From contig OZ287706.1 of NCBI GenBank assembly GCA_965649825.1, positions 876,001 through 940,000 on the forward strand: a stretch of DNA of 64,000 nt. The letters run 5' to 3'. Numbering within the stretch: position 1 is the stretch's first letter; every line of letters begins with the position of its first letter. Below the pieces are notes generated by a model. That model ran no database searches and was not told where the DNA came from. It saw only the letters and a list, made by a program, of their open reading frames with translations. Positions 39,523 to 52,949 of this stretch are shown one piece after another. The stretch is from Penicillus capitatus. Its lineage: Eukaryota > Plantae > Chlorophyta. A program made the position numbers and the translations under genes.

Positions 39523-40294
39523 TGCATCCACCACCGACGGAGGATGGCCACCCCTCGGCAGACGACGAGGAAATCAAGGACCTCGAGCGGTAACGCCATC
39601 GAATGCCCGCCACGGTGCCGGGCACCTGTGCTGCACCAGGATCGTCCTCGCGTTCCGGAGCTATGCCGAACAGGGACGGTGCGAAGTCGGAAGGTGGCGT
39701 CGACAGTTTGGACGTCTCGACGACCGACATCGCAAACTGCTGCCGAGCTTCTCGGAGAAATGCAGACGGGCGACGGCAGTGGTCGAGACGAATCAGTTCT
39801 TTCTGAATGCGATGCTGACGTCCCTCCAGCCAGAGCTCGAAGCAAGCGGCCTCGTTGTGGGTGACATCACAGAGGACATGCGTTCGCCGCCACAAGATGT
39901 CGAGAAAGTGCGATATGTGTTGAAGAATCTCGTCCGCGATTGGACGCGCGAAGGAATGGAAGAACGTCGAGCGACGTACACGCCGATCGTGAAGGAGCTG
40001 AAAGCCCAGTTCTGTAAATGGTGTGACCTGGAGGACGGGGAAGGAGATGTCTAACGTGTGCGAGACATAGAGGACTGGACGAAGCCGCCGAAGGAGTTGA
40101 TTCCGGGATGTGGTCTGGGACGATTGGTGGCCGAGATTGCATCGGCAGGTTTTGAGGCCGAAGGAAATGAGTTTTCTTACTTCATGCTGAGTGACATTTT
40201 ACAAGCTTCTTTGAGCCTCCATCGCAACCCTGGCTTGCTGTGCAACACACTTTTAACACTTTTTCTTAGTGCGACACACGTTTCAGAAGAGTGA
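39523..40294 (+). pseudogene. CARNMT1: Carnosine N-methyltransferase (N2227-like), apparently 3'-truncated
   Basis: [32 protein letters not shown]; I could not find the downstream FFIDTA/WINxGPL motifs. Confidence 0.6.
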
Positions 40295-42901
40295 CATTAA
40301 AAACATTGTTTAAACAGTCAATCTTCATTTCCGTTACGTTGCATGTACGCGAATTACAATTTAACGACAGAACGCTTAATCTCAGACTCCTTTCTGATCG
40401 CTGCGGAGGGTGTTGCAGGACGCATGTCATCGTTAAGCTCGTCACCGTCTTCTGGGCGAAGACTTTGGGAATCCACAGATCTCTTCAGCGCATTCGCTGT
40501 CGCCGACAGACAACACGACGCCGACTCCGAGCAGGCGCCGTCAATTTAGGTTTCCTACGCTCACCTAGCACGTTGCGATGTGTGACCGCCGACAACTGCT
40601 CATCTCGTCATGTGCCACACTCTGATTGTCTCCTAACATTACCGTGCCGGGCTTCTGTCCGAGCGGCTTGCACTCGAGTTCCAGAGATCCGTGCCACGCC
40701 TGAGATGTTAGAAACGTGCCTACGCATGAAATAGACTTGAAGCGGTTACGTCGAAGAAGTAGCGATAGGAGAGTGAGAGCCGAGAGCCTCGTCGATGCGC
40801 CAGACGGACTCTTAGGCAGTTATAAGTCGCTCTTCCAACTGCAAGTCGATTCGAACTAGCATTGGTCTGGTGTCGCTCAGAACGGCGACGGTACTTCGCA
40901 GCGGCAAAATATGAAGACATCGCTGCTTGTCATCCACAGCAGACGATGCACTCTGAAAAGGGGGCGCGCGACAAACAATCGCCATTTCGAAGCTGTCTAC
41001 ACAGTGAGCACGCATGCATGATTCGGCGTGGACTCTATCGACCGTCCGAAAAGAAGTGCATAACAGTCCGCGCAGCTTTTCAAGGCAAAAAAGAGAGCGC
41101 GCACTGGAATGACGAACCTGTCGTTTTCGTTCTATCGCCTTAGCGACTTCGCAATTCGAGCATAGAATAACATAGTAGGCACGCGAAAGACCTTTAGGGA
41201 GACGAACAGATCATACAGGAACAGCGTGAACTTCAGAGGACCACAGTCACAGGAGGCCGTAGAGCGCAAAGCCTCCAGGAATCCTTGTTCGATAGCTCTG
41301 ATGGCGTCAACTGACTGCTGCTGCGCCATTCAACGCATCGAACGACATCTCTGCCGCCTCACTCTCTCGGCGTCCTCTTCTCTGGGCGATCCGCCTTTCT
41401 CCAGTCCTCGTTGCTCGTTCTTGTCAGATTTTTCTGACGAGGCCTGTACAATCGCTTGTCGTTCGCTCCGACAACGATAAAGAGGTCGATGCGTCTCCGC
41501 GTACCGCTCGTCGGATTTGAGAACGCCGGAACGACATTTGAACGCTCGTCTAATGGCGACGCCTGAACGTCGATGTCACCGACATGGCAAGACGATTGGA
41601 GTCACGTGTATTACATACACGAAGTCAAGTTTGATCTCGTGTGTTTGCTGATGCGATTGGCGTTAGCAGGTGATTCCTGAAGTGCTAAAACTCAACGCCT
41701 AGAAACAATGATGACGCCATGCAATTCGACAATCCAAATGCTCGATACGGAATAGTGTGTCCTGCATGACGCATCTTTCCCACGGACTAATCAACGCAAT
41801 AATCTCTGGAAATGGATCTTCGAAGAAAATGTGGCCGCAAAGAGTCCTTCCTCGTCGACGATCTATTCGACAAATAATAAATTTACATCAATGCTTTGGT
41901 AATTGCTCTGGCAGGTTGCTGCCTTCTGAGCAATAGCCACAGATGAAAGCCACGAGACCACAGTTTGCATGAAATTGAAAAGTACAAATGCAATGCAAAG
42001 AGAGAGTGTTTAAGCATGTAGCGCACTAAGTGGATGAGTATATGAAGAAGCTGAATCGATTACTGAAAATAGCATGAAAGATGATGAAATTGAAGGCGGA
42101 GTATGTGCTACAGGCTAGAACAACACACTGCGGCAAAGCAGAGTAGGTCAGATGCATCTCGCTCATCGAATCTGCGGCTGCCATCATCTTCCTCTGCTGC
42201 CTCGTTTCGACTCGCCAGCCGAAACACCGAGGAACGGACAGTCACATCGCTCCACTCGCCGGAAGCGGCGGATGGAGCCGCCGCACCTCTGCCATGTCCA
42301 CACCTTGCGTCTCCCTGATCTCGGTGTTTCGAACGCGTCCTCCATCGACTGAGTTTGCGTTGGACATCTCTATCGCCTTTCTGTCGGGTGACCTGTCAGC
42401 CGAGCAGTAGATTACTTGAAATACAGGCTCTGTATAGAATTTCAAGTACATGATAATCTATGGGGCACGACAGAAGGTCAAATGGGCGCGATAGACGCAG
42501 GTAGAGACACACCTGATTGAGAGAAATCCCGACAGAGACGCAAGAGAAGAGTGCGGCGATGACTCTCGCTGCAACGCTGTCACTTAACATGGTTGCGTAA
42601 CGCACGTGCTGAGTTGAAAATTGATTAAAAATGGATGATGCGTCCGAACAAATGTCACATCAAAAACAAACATGTTTGACATACAGACATCAGCAAAGTC
42701 TCGCACATCATATCACAATCAGGAAACAGATGAGGGCGTTGTTCATTGGATCCTCTGTGACAGGCGATTCTGTCAAACTCGATTCTGAAGCAGGAATGAG
42801 ATAGGGAGTGGTGTTGAATTCTCGGAGATGCACAACACCAGCGGCTTCGCATTCACGGAGGACGACTCGGGTAGGCGCGTTGTTTCGGGCTTGGATAGTT
42901 A

Positions 42902-43112
42902 TGCCATGTGCAGGACTGCGCCGATCTGCATCGAGGCAGATCGACGGCAGACTCATGCACATGGCAGTAGCTATGGCCTCTTGAGTCGCCTCCATGTGCA
43001 GGACTGCGCCGATCTGCATCGAGGCAGATCGACGGCAGACTCATGCACATGGAGTAGCTACGTACAGGTCTGCCGTCGATCTGCATCGAGGCAGATCGAC
43101 GGCAGACTCATG
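42902..43112. repeat. Three tandem long hairpins sharing a CGATCTGC-ATCGAG-GCAGATCG core
   Basis: Copies at ~42902, ~42991 and ~43062; third has a perfect 17-bp stem (43068-43084 / 43091-43107). Confidence 0.9.
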
Positions 43113-43236
43113 TACACGCCGTCGTACGCTCGACTCGCTCTCCACTCTGGAGACTGCATCCTCCGTCCTGCGCGCAGAGTGAGGAGAGGGATCCCTGGCA
43201 GAAAGGATGGGCACCTCTTGGCAAACCTCTTCGGTC

Positions 43237-44480
43237 TCATGTGTTTCGGCTTCCTGGCAGCTCGAGGTATGACTCTGCCGCGCCTATTCTTTTCTTGGTC
43301 TCCTTCGGCTCTCTTGCGGCCTTCTGCGATCTCTTGCAGCATCGATCGCGGTCCAGTCGCACCACCTGCTGGTAGGCGACATTCATCTTCTTGACAATGT
43401 CCCTGCACTTCTCCCAGTTGAGCGGATCCATGTCGTCCATCAGCTTCTGGAGCCTCGGTCACTTGGACGTCGTCATCGTCTTGTGGCTTAACCAGTTTCC
43501 AATGACGCACACCTCCGACGCCGCAAATCCGCCGGCCTTCTAGTTGCTGCCAGACACACAACCATGTAAGACCAAAGCAGAGAGAGGGAGCACGTACCTT
43601 GATGACGAAGGGGAATTCTTGTGGCTGGAGGAGGAGACGGTTGCGTGTCCCGGCGAAGGGGTAGGTCTTGGACTCGGCCGGGAAGAAGTCCCAGAGCTGC
43701 CGGGCCTTGAGCTTCTTCCCAGGACGCCTGGAAAGCACGACTCGGCGGCCCAGGTGCTTCCCTCCGACGCCGCAAATCCGCCGGCCTTCTAGTTGCTGCC
43801 AGACACACAACCATGTAAGACCAAAGCAGAGAGAGGGAGCACGTACCTTGATGACGAAGGGGAATTCTTGTGGCTGGAGGAGGCGACGGTTGCGTGTCTG
43901 GCGAAGCGGTAGGTCTTGGACTCGGCCGGGAAGAAGTCCCAGAGCTGCCGAGGGGTGAAGGCGCAGTCCCACCAGGAGCAGTGGACGTGCTCCGTCGACC
44001 CCTCCTCCGCAGACGCCTCTTTCTTGGCGACGGTTGCGTGTCCCGGCGAAGGGGTAGGTCTTGGACTCGGCCGGGAAGGAGTCCCAGAGCTGCCGAGGGG
44101 TGAAGGCGCAGTCCCACCGGGAGCAGTGGACGTGCTCCGTCGACCCCTCCTCCGCAGACGCCTCTTTCTTGGCGACGGTTGCGTGTCCCGGCGAAGGGGT
44201 AGGTCTTGGACTCGGCCGGGAAGGAGTCCCAGAGATGCCGGGCCTTGAGCTTCTTCCCAGGACGCCGGGAAAGCACGACTCGGCGGCCCAGGTGCTTCCC
44301 TCCGACGCCGCAAAGACGCCGGCCTTCCAGTTGCTGCCAGCCACACCCCCATGTTATACCGAACCAGAGCGGGAGAGAGGGAGCACGTACCTTGGTGTCG
44401 AGGGGGAATTCCTGTGGTTGGCAGACCGTACCCGAAGAAAGTTGTCGTCGGGGGGTCTTTGAGTGCGCGCTTGGGAAATC
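43237..44480 (-). other. Repeat-built ORF or pseudogene with 249-bp (intron-containing) and ~145-bp units
   Basis: Recurrent LWDxFPAESKTY and PQEFP motifs; the 51-nt intron GTACGT...GGCAG is duplicated with the unit. Confidence 0.55.
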
Positions 44481-44699
44481 GGCGCACAGTTCGGAAATGC
44501 GGAAATGCGAAAACTGGTATGGCGCTTTGCGTTTTATCGTCGAGGATGTGACAGCTGCAACAAATTCGACCGCAGTTAGCCAATCAGAATGCGCGATTTT
44601 CTCCGCGGCAGTCTGACGTCAGACAAAAATGGGTCGAACGTCACATCGCTCGGCAGGCAACCTACCACATCGCCAGTGGACTGATCTCACAGTGGAGAA

Positions 44700-45230
44700 A
44701 CATCGAGACGATGAGGGTCGGCATGGCCTCTTCCAGGAAGACCAGATCCCTTGTCTTCTCGTGCTGCATGGGCAAGCGAATCTGCTCACCACACCCCTTT
44801 GCTTCCGAGCGACGGATGGAGGGCAAAGAGCATGGAAGATGTGACTGACCTTTGTCGAGTCTTCCCTGTCCCCGTTCTCCTGGGACGCGTCGGGAAGCAC
44901 CCTGGAGTGTACATAGGGTAGAACAGTGAACTGGCTGCGACTTCTCACTCGAGCGCTTCGGCGCGTCCTCTCGCTATGAAGAGCTCGAAGTCGTCGTGGT
45001 GGATGTTGACGAGGGACTTCCATATGAGCGCCTTCAGTTCTGTCCCCAGTCGACGACAGCCGTTGATGGGAAGCTCTTCCTCGAGCAAGCTCCAGAAGCG
45101 ACTCAGAGAGCAACCTCGCGGCGGGGCACGCGTTAAGCCTTCGTGCGATAACGTATTCGTCGCACGCACCTCGGCTCCCCTCTAGCGCGATTTGTTTGAT
45201 CGCCTCGTCGACGAACGCGTCGATCGCGCA
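44700..45230 (-). pseudogene. Fragment resembling the TFIIIC large subunit (GTF3C1/Sfc3) N-terminus
   Basis: DAFVDEAIKQIALEGSRG-CSLSRFWSLL...LKALIWKSLV; ATC where the start ATG is expected; no continuation found. Confidence 0.5.
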
Positions 45231-45436
45231 AAGTCGATGCGGGAAGACGACATCGGTAGCGTGTACGACACGATAACATCGCACCGTCGTCAGTCGCATG
45301 CCGGATTTCTTCGCGAACTTTCGTGTGACTGTGTGAGAAATTCGTTAAGAGAACTGCCGAAAGAGCAGCAGATCGGATGAAAGAATCGTTGGCAATGAAA
45401 CAGACGTTCAGCATTTGTCAGAACTGTCTTCGAATC

Positions 45437-46729
45437 TCACTCCAGTGTCACAGGACCGCCTTCGACCCACTTGACGCCGAGCTCCGAAAGCTTCGCATGC
45501 GAGGCGGCGTAGTCCGTGAAGAACGCAGCCTGATCGGCGGCGTACTTCTCAGCATAGGGCCTGTGCACAGAAAGATCGCACTCGGGTCATACATGATCCG
45601 TGATGCGCAGACTTGAATGCGTCGTCTTCGAAGAGGCACGCATCGGTCTCGAGCACCAGCAAATCGGCATCGCGTTTCTCCTTCACTTCCTACGGCGAGA
45701 GGGCACAGCTGCGAAAAGACAGCTGGCGGATGTGTCCCACCACAAAGTAAGAGTTGTCGAACTTGAGCCACTCCGGTGTCCACGAGCTGCCGCCGACCGT
45801 ACCCGGGCCTTTCTCCGTGTACTTCGTCCTTTCTTTCCCTGCCGGTCGCATCCGATAACGCCGTCCTCCGCCGACGATCCCACCGTACCGAATCCAGATC
45901 GTGTTGGATAGGCGCGTCCGATGGTGTGTGCCCCTGACAGAGCCACGATGTCCTGGTCCGTCAGTCCCATGCGATAGAAGATATCGCGCAGATGCGCCGC
46001 TGGGCCCTTCGCCTCATTAGGATACGGCGCGCCACCCGCTGCAGAACAACGATCCCACCTGTCAGCTAACGTCTCCCTGTCACACCTGGGAGGTTTCCTT
46101 CGACTGGGCAGTCGTCTGGTCCCGTGGCGTCTGTGCGACCGTAGCGCATCGGAATCTTCGGTCCTCCAGCGACCTGTTACACGGTGAAGAGATCTCGTGC
46201 TGATGGAAAGCGTTCACCTCGATGGCCACAGCGGAGGCCATCTGGTAGATGTCCGCGTAAGACACATTTGGGTACTTCTGTTTGATGGGCTCTACCAACG
46301 CCAAGGCATTCGCCAAACCTTCATGCCAACAACATCGCTCGACAACGGTGGCGGCGAGATGGACAGCGCACCGGCGTTGGCACCGTGATCGATCTCGGGT
46401 TTGAAACGAATGCTCCCATTCGCGCCGCCGCAAACGGGCCACCTGTCCGCCATGTCCTGCAACGCCATCGTCGCTTGCACTTCGTGATATGGCGTCTGTA
46501 CCTTGTTGTATGTTCCGGAGTCATGCCAGGCCAGTCGCACGAGAATCGGATTGCAGTTCTTCGACTGTATGAGCGGTATCAGCTCCTTGTGGCACTGTTT
46601 GAGATCGTCTATGGAGACCATTTCCGCCACTGCTGCGACGCAACGACTGGCGACTCGACGTGTTAAGAGATGTCGAGTTGGTAGAGGCGAACCGGTGAAA
46701 GCGGAACGACTCAAACGCGCATACAACAT
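45437..46729 (-). CDS. APX: Plastid-type ascorbate peroxidase
   Basis: Transit peptide; [13 protein letters not shown]; GANGSIRF; [13 protein letters not shown]; WLKFDNSYF. Confidence 0.95.
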
Positions 46730-47544
46730 TCGAAGAGGTACAGAGGGAGCTACTTGCAGAGGAGCCGTCGATGATTCAACATGAGTCATCTCCCTCGGAC
46801 CCACCATGGGACACGATCCATGCCCAATCCGTCCATGGGAGGATACCTTGCCTAGAGAGATGCGCTCGCGCAGCCGAATGGCAGAGACAGAGGTGCGCCC
46901 GTCACTTTTCTTGCAGGTTTGAATGGCATCGTTCGGTCTGGACGCATCGCGACAGACGATGGCCGAGGTGACGGCACTCGGCGTCGCGTTCTAAATACTT
47001 GCCGCGGCATCTATCTAACGGCAGCGTCGATCCGCGATGACGCAGAACCTGCAAATGCTCTTGTCATTCGAAGTTGGTTTCGGATTGCCTTGTCCGTCTC
47101 GAGGTGTCTTGTAAATCTCCACTTGCCTCGAGCCTTTGGCTCTAAGCAGCGAACGACATCATGGAACGTCCGTCGTTCGAGTGATACAGCCGCTTGGCAT
47201 GTGCTCTGACGTTTGTGGTATCATAATGGTGCGCTGATGAGACAAAGCGCAGAGGCGCGCCCTTGCCGTTTGCGCACATGTCATGTATCTGACCACAATT
47301 GCGTGGGCACAACAAGACAATTTCTGCGGGGTTCCATCGATATCTGAATGCCTGGATGTAATATCATGCCTCGTTTAGCGAACGGCCACAAATGGCTGAG
47401 AACTCTGTGCGTAATTGCGAGTCGCGGTGCGGCGTTGCGCGTGTCAGAAAAGACACATGAAATCCTAGGCACTTGACTTAAACCGTGTAGATCATTGTAG
47501 AGCGTCAAAATCCAAGAACTCGTAAAAAGGCCTTTTCTAACCAG

Positions 47545-48999
47545 ATGGTCTCTGCTGGTAAGGTCCCTCCTCCACGGCCGCGCCGAACTGGCTCTTTCCG
47601 TTACCTCTTACAATACTCCGGACGCATCTCTGTTGCAGACAATTGCTCAGCGGCGTACCGCGTTGGCGACGTTGTTTTTGAGCGGTACCTCATCGAAGAA
47701 GTCCAACTGACTCCACGAGGCACGACCGTATGCCGCGTGCGTCTTCGTACCGATCTTCTGGGACGACACCATCTCGCATGCTATGTTGCAGTGTGCAAAT
47801 CTGCGCGACGGATGTGAAGTGATCTTTGACTGCCTGTCTCTGTGCTCGACGCAGCCACCGTTCTCACCGGGCGTCTACGAGAAGGCGAAGCACGTACACC
47901 CTTCGCCGAGGCCATTCATTCTCTGGATTCTGTTTCTGAAGGAGCTGTTGACCGAGCACAGCGATCGTCGGCTGCAGAGGCCTCCATGGCTGGAGACACA
48001 GGAAGGAAACAACAAGCGCTTTCTAGTCGTCGCAGTAATTGCATTTCACTCCCGAGGCCATAAAAACAGAAACGGTGTATGTAACAGGGACGTTCTGTTT
48101 CTGAACTGCGCTCCACCTGCTGCCACGCCATCGTTCATCCTTCCAGGTGCAGCCGACGCCTCCACATGCCCCTCCCTCCACATGCTCTCGCAGGTGCGGA
48201 ATCGCCGAGGAAGTACGACATGGACCGCAGAACGCATGGTCTTCGGTGCGAAGATACGGCGAGTGCTTCCTGGAAGTCGACGTTCCGCCACTGTGGACGC
48301 GCTTAAGTCCGTCCTATCACGCGTTTCGGTGTCGGTTGGTCTGACCTGTGTCCGTCAGGTCGTCCATGGTTGCTTGCGCTCTGTCTCTTGACGCTCGTCT
48401 TCTTGGCGTTTGTCGGTGTCCTTTCGTTTATAACATCTCTCCTCGTCGACCACATCGCCGATCGCGGTCGACACCTCTGCGTCTCGCCTGTCTGCCGTCG
48501 AATGTCTCTTCTTTTAGGAGGGCGTTGGCACGTTGTCTTCTTGGCGCCCTTCTGGGCAGTCGTCACTCTCTCGCCGTTTGTCTTCTGTGCGATGTTCTTC
48601 GGTCGCCAGCATCTGAGGATCAGCTACAGCGACTTCGAAGTGAGAAGGACACTGGGACTGCCTTTCTGTCATAAACCGCGTCTTAGCGACCGCATCGACG
48701 GATGGCACACTTCCTGTTTCGATAGATGGTTCAGGGCACAAGTAACAAGCAAAACGAAAGATCTGAAGAAGGCGGAGGTGATGCACAAATCTCGTTATTC
48801 CGCAGAGAGGTCACGACGAGTGGTGCAGGTGGAGCAAGGACGGGACCGCTGCACGAACATAAGCACGATTGTTTTGAGCGGAAGCATCACGCAACAGCGC
48901 GTGTTTCCTTTCCTTTCCATAGAAGAACAAGAATGGATTGCCGATGAGGTCAACCTAATCCTGGAGTGCATCAATCTGAATGCTCCAGTGAATCTGTGA
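47545..48999 (+). CDS. Degenerate-kinase/membrane family paralog 2
   Basis: YRVGDVVFERYLIEEV; LEVDVPP; two hydrophobic helices; FEVRRTLG; QVTSKTKDLKKAEV; EEQEWIADEV. Confidence 0.6.
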
Positions 49000-49513
49000 G
49001 GCGAATCCAATTTAGAGTAAGCACCAGGCGCAACGCCTAACGCACTGTGCGACATGGATTCGTCAATTCTCTTTCTGTTACTCAACGAAGATGACGCATC
49101 AGTTCAAGTTGTTTAGTCAAAGCGACCAGTGGGGGATGGGGGTATAGTATCCGCGAGAGCTGTAGAGATCGTAATGTCGTCCGTTTTATGAGCTTCGTCA
49201 CTGTTCGCGGCATAGAGGCTTTGAAGAAGACTTAGTGTGTACGTGCACAATAACGCGACACTCTCTAGAAGATCTATCTTGAATTCCCGTGTTGTTATTC
49301 GAGATTCTTCCCATTCATTGTAATCAACATTCTGGCTTTCGAATGCGTTTCCCGATCTGTCGATCGAGACGATCCGCGCGGCTGATGGATGTGGATCTGC
49401 CATTGGCAGGGAGCACTCGTCCTTTTTCCGACAGCACATTACATTTGAGCGTCATATGAAAGAAGGCTATCTATCATACACGGCATGACATGTGTGGGCA
49501 TTGATTCGAGAAA

Positions 49514-50870
49514 TCACGGTTCTCCTCTTGGTATGCTCTCGAGGAAAGAACAAATCTCCCTCGCGAGCCACACTTGCTCGGATAGCGAAAGAAGCGGAAA
49601 CAGTTGATATTCTCTGCGGACTTCAGCTAAGACTAACATTGAAACCGTGGAGGCACAACATGTCGATGCCTTCACCTGCACCACAGGACATGTCTGTCTC
49701 GATCGTGGGAAGCGGCATTGTTCTCACTTCTGCCTTCGTCAGATCTCGCGTTTTGCCTGTGACTTGTCGGCGCAGCATTCTGTCGATGCGGGATGGCTTC
49801 CAGAGATGGCAGGTGGGAGGTGCATCGGTAGACGAGCGCAGAGGTCGTCCGATCGTCCTTCTGACTTCGAACGTGCATGGTGCGATGATCAACAACTGCC
49901 GGCCGGACAGCATCGCGACGAACAGAGCAGGCAGAGGCAGTACAAACAGCCACATGAGAATAAGAAGAGAGTTAAGTACGTAGTGTCCTGCCAAACACGA
50001 AACGCATCGCATTGCACGGACGGCCAGGGAATCCCGTACTTCCATCCATGACTTTATGCATTGCAGTGTATGAAGAGAAAGCGAGGAGGCCTGTCGCCAG
50101 CAGAAAGATGGAAATGCAAAGAACGAGCATGACGAGAAAGGGCAAGGCTGGCGAGCAACACACCCACCATGAACAGGCCAATCTACAGGAATGACGCGAC
50201 GCGATGCACGCACTTCGATATCGAAACGGTGGAGGGACGTCGATCTCCAGACAGCGTTGACCTCTCCTTACGGTCGGTCGGGCATCCTCTGGCCCGGGCC
50301 TTACTTCGACGTCCGTGCTGCGTGAGAGCACAGCGTGGTCAGTCGATCGATGCGCGCATGATGTGACGGACGCACCAGATCCTCTCTGGAGGTGTGAGGT
50401 GCAGAATCCGGCAAACGATCTGCGGATAACAGTCCTGTAGACTGCCGCCCTTCACTGAAGAAAGGAATGAGCGCATCGGTCACACTTGAATGATGTGTAG
50501 GATTCTATTCCCGTTGACTTCGATCTCAAACCACTCCGGTCGCTGTCCTCGATTATGCGGACTGCCCGTGAGAATATCCTGCAGTGTGCATGCATGAGCA
50601 AAGGGAGGGATGAGCCGTTGCCTGCCATTTTGCGCTGCTCGTAGTAGTCTGCAGTTTCAGGAAGATCCATTGCTCTGAGGAATATACATTCAATTGTCAC
50701 ATCGCTGCCATCTCCATATCTTGTGCACTGGAGACAACCCCTGTAGCTAACAGGGAGGGCTCCTTGATGTCTTTAGCAGGCGTACTCGACATATGGCGCC
50801 GTTTGCTCGAATTCGGGAGACTTCTCGGACGAAATACCCGCCCTCTATGACGTCTCCCACTCGGTACATA
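49514..50870 (-). CDS. Degenerate-kinase/membrane family paralog 3, convergent with paralog 2 (start further upstream, uncertain)
   Basis: YRVGDVIEGGYFVREV; LEIDVPP; FEVRRTIG; QVTGKTRDLTKAEV; SEQVWLAREI. Confidence 0.6.
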
Positions 50871-52949
50871 GCGCGACAAAACGGCGAGTGAAAAAGTGTG
50901 CTCGTTGTGCCTGCCAGTCCCCAAGCAGTTCATTAAAGGGACAACTCCGACGAAGATCTGCGCACTGGTTGAAACGCGTTCGCTTTCTATTGAATGCGAG
51001 ATAATGCGGTGCGTGAACCGTCCGTGCTCGACTCGACAGCGGTTTGTGATGCGTGCCGGTGACGACTCAACAAGGCACGTTCACGTTACCTGACTTAATG
51101 TCCTTAAGTCTCCCGATCTCTTCCTTCCGCATGATCTTTCTGTACTGCAGCAGTGCAGAGGTATCAGGGAAGCCGCTGACGCAATTCCGAGGCGGTCGTT
51201 TACCAACATCACTTGGCAGAAGTCGTGCAGCCGCTGTGGCGTTCGGGAAGGGAGTGCAAGTTTCCCGAAAGGGAATAGACAGGACGATCTGTGGTCTTCG
51301 ATGCCGACAGGTTGAATGGCGCCTCCTCCTTCTGCGACCACGTCGCCCGTCGACGGGACGTCAGTATTCAGCCCAATCTAAAGAGAGACCGCAGGGCACA
51401 TTCGGTCTCACGACATGCGACATCGGAGATGGAGGGTATGGAAGGAAAACACTTCCTTCGTCCCTGCGTCACGAACGAAACGAATGCTACTTCTGAAGAC
51501 TGTCCAGATAGCAGGCACAGCAGATAGGCCTCACAAGCTGTGCTGTCTTTGTTGTGGAGTTGTTCGAATTTGATCGATATGAAGGAGATGGGTGAAGAAC
51601 TTGCTTTCGGCGTCTGCTCGGATATCACACGCTGCTTTTCTGAAAGCACGGACGCGGCAGGTGCAAATGGTTCTCTGTTTGGATACGCGTCCTCTGCTAT
51701 TCTCGTCGAACAATGAAATTCTGAATACTCTGCTCGTAAGGCGGTATCTGTTGTGGAAACCTGATAAAGGCATCCACAACCCTCTCTTCCAAATAGGCAC
51801 TAGTAATGATCACCACGTAGCGCTACTTTTTTGATATTACCTAACGCCGACATGAATGTGTTTTGCCTTTCTGCAAGAGCGATTCGTCGGTCAACTTGCA
51901 GTGTGTGTTACATCTTTTTCTTTAATCTCTCAGCCGGTTTTGCATCACAAGGGATCGTTTCGCCCATATTGTGTGTTACAGAGATTTGATGATTCCTCCG
52001 AGACACCACCGTTTTGAAGAGAATTCTGTCTTATGGATTCATTGTACGGCAACGTCGATGGCATGCCGTTTTCGAACACAGCTGCTCTCTCGTTTACATC
52101 AAAGGCGAACAAAGCAGGCCGCTTGATGTTACACCAACTTTTAAGTGTCCCGTTGTTGTTTGCCGCGCGAATCGTGCGCCGAATCTCCATCGCCGTTTTG
52201 GCGAAGTTGCATTCGCGCATAGAAGGCGCGCTAGCTGTCAAGCACTGCCGCTGAGAAGGTCATGTGTCGACGACGAGCAGCTCACCACTGGACAGCTTTT
52301 CAGTAACTTACGGCGTGTACCAATCGCGCTTGGAGAGTGCAGCTCATCCCAGTTTTCAAAACGCTTGAAGGCTTCAAGGCGTTCTGGACACAAACGGTAA
52401 CCCTCAAGCTTCAGAGCTTCTCTATCGATTCCTTTTGCCTGCCATCGGAAGCAGCTGTTACGTTCGTAGGTAGGTACTTAGAAGTTCGTTCTGTAGGACA
52501 TGTGGTTTGATGAAGTCATTAGGCTGATGGTGAGCGGCATATCACATTACATTTAAGCAGAGGCTATCATCTATCTGTAGCGCAGTTATTGTGACACGAA
52601 GAGTTGCAAACGTAGAAGCTCAGATTTGGGATACAGCAGCTAACACTATGACCGAGGAAAACATGCAGGAATTTCGTCGTTCGAACAGAGTTAGAACTGA
52701 CCGACAAGGTCGTCCGTTGCACATCCCTGCCATCAGTAAGTAATGTGCGGGGCCTATAGGAAAGGCACAGGTCTTATCAAAGCCACCAAGACAAGACACG
52801 GAATGGCGTCGCATGGACGACAATGTACAAGAGCTGTGCCTGAGCATGAAATCTAAAGGCCCCGACAGCAAGTGCGTGAATAAGAGCGACGAGCAATGCT
52901 AACGGTTGTGTTACAGCGTCGGGGAAGCGCCCTTTCCGGCTAGAATGTT

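Noticed and set aside
42902-43112. CRISPR array, hammerhead ribozyme or Helitron 3' end
   Set aside because: Spacers are very unequal (about 25 and under 10 nt); no CTGATGA/GAAA core; no CTRR after the last hairpin on either strand
51300-52900. Short ORFs here and at 6976-7600 and 55399-55698
   Set aside because: Fragmented, with no motif or splice structure I could support
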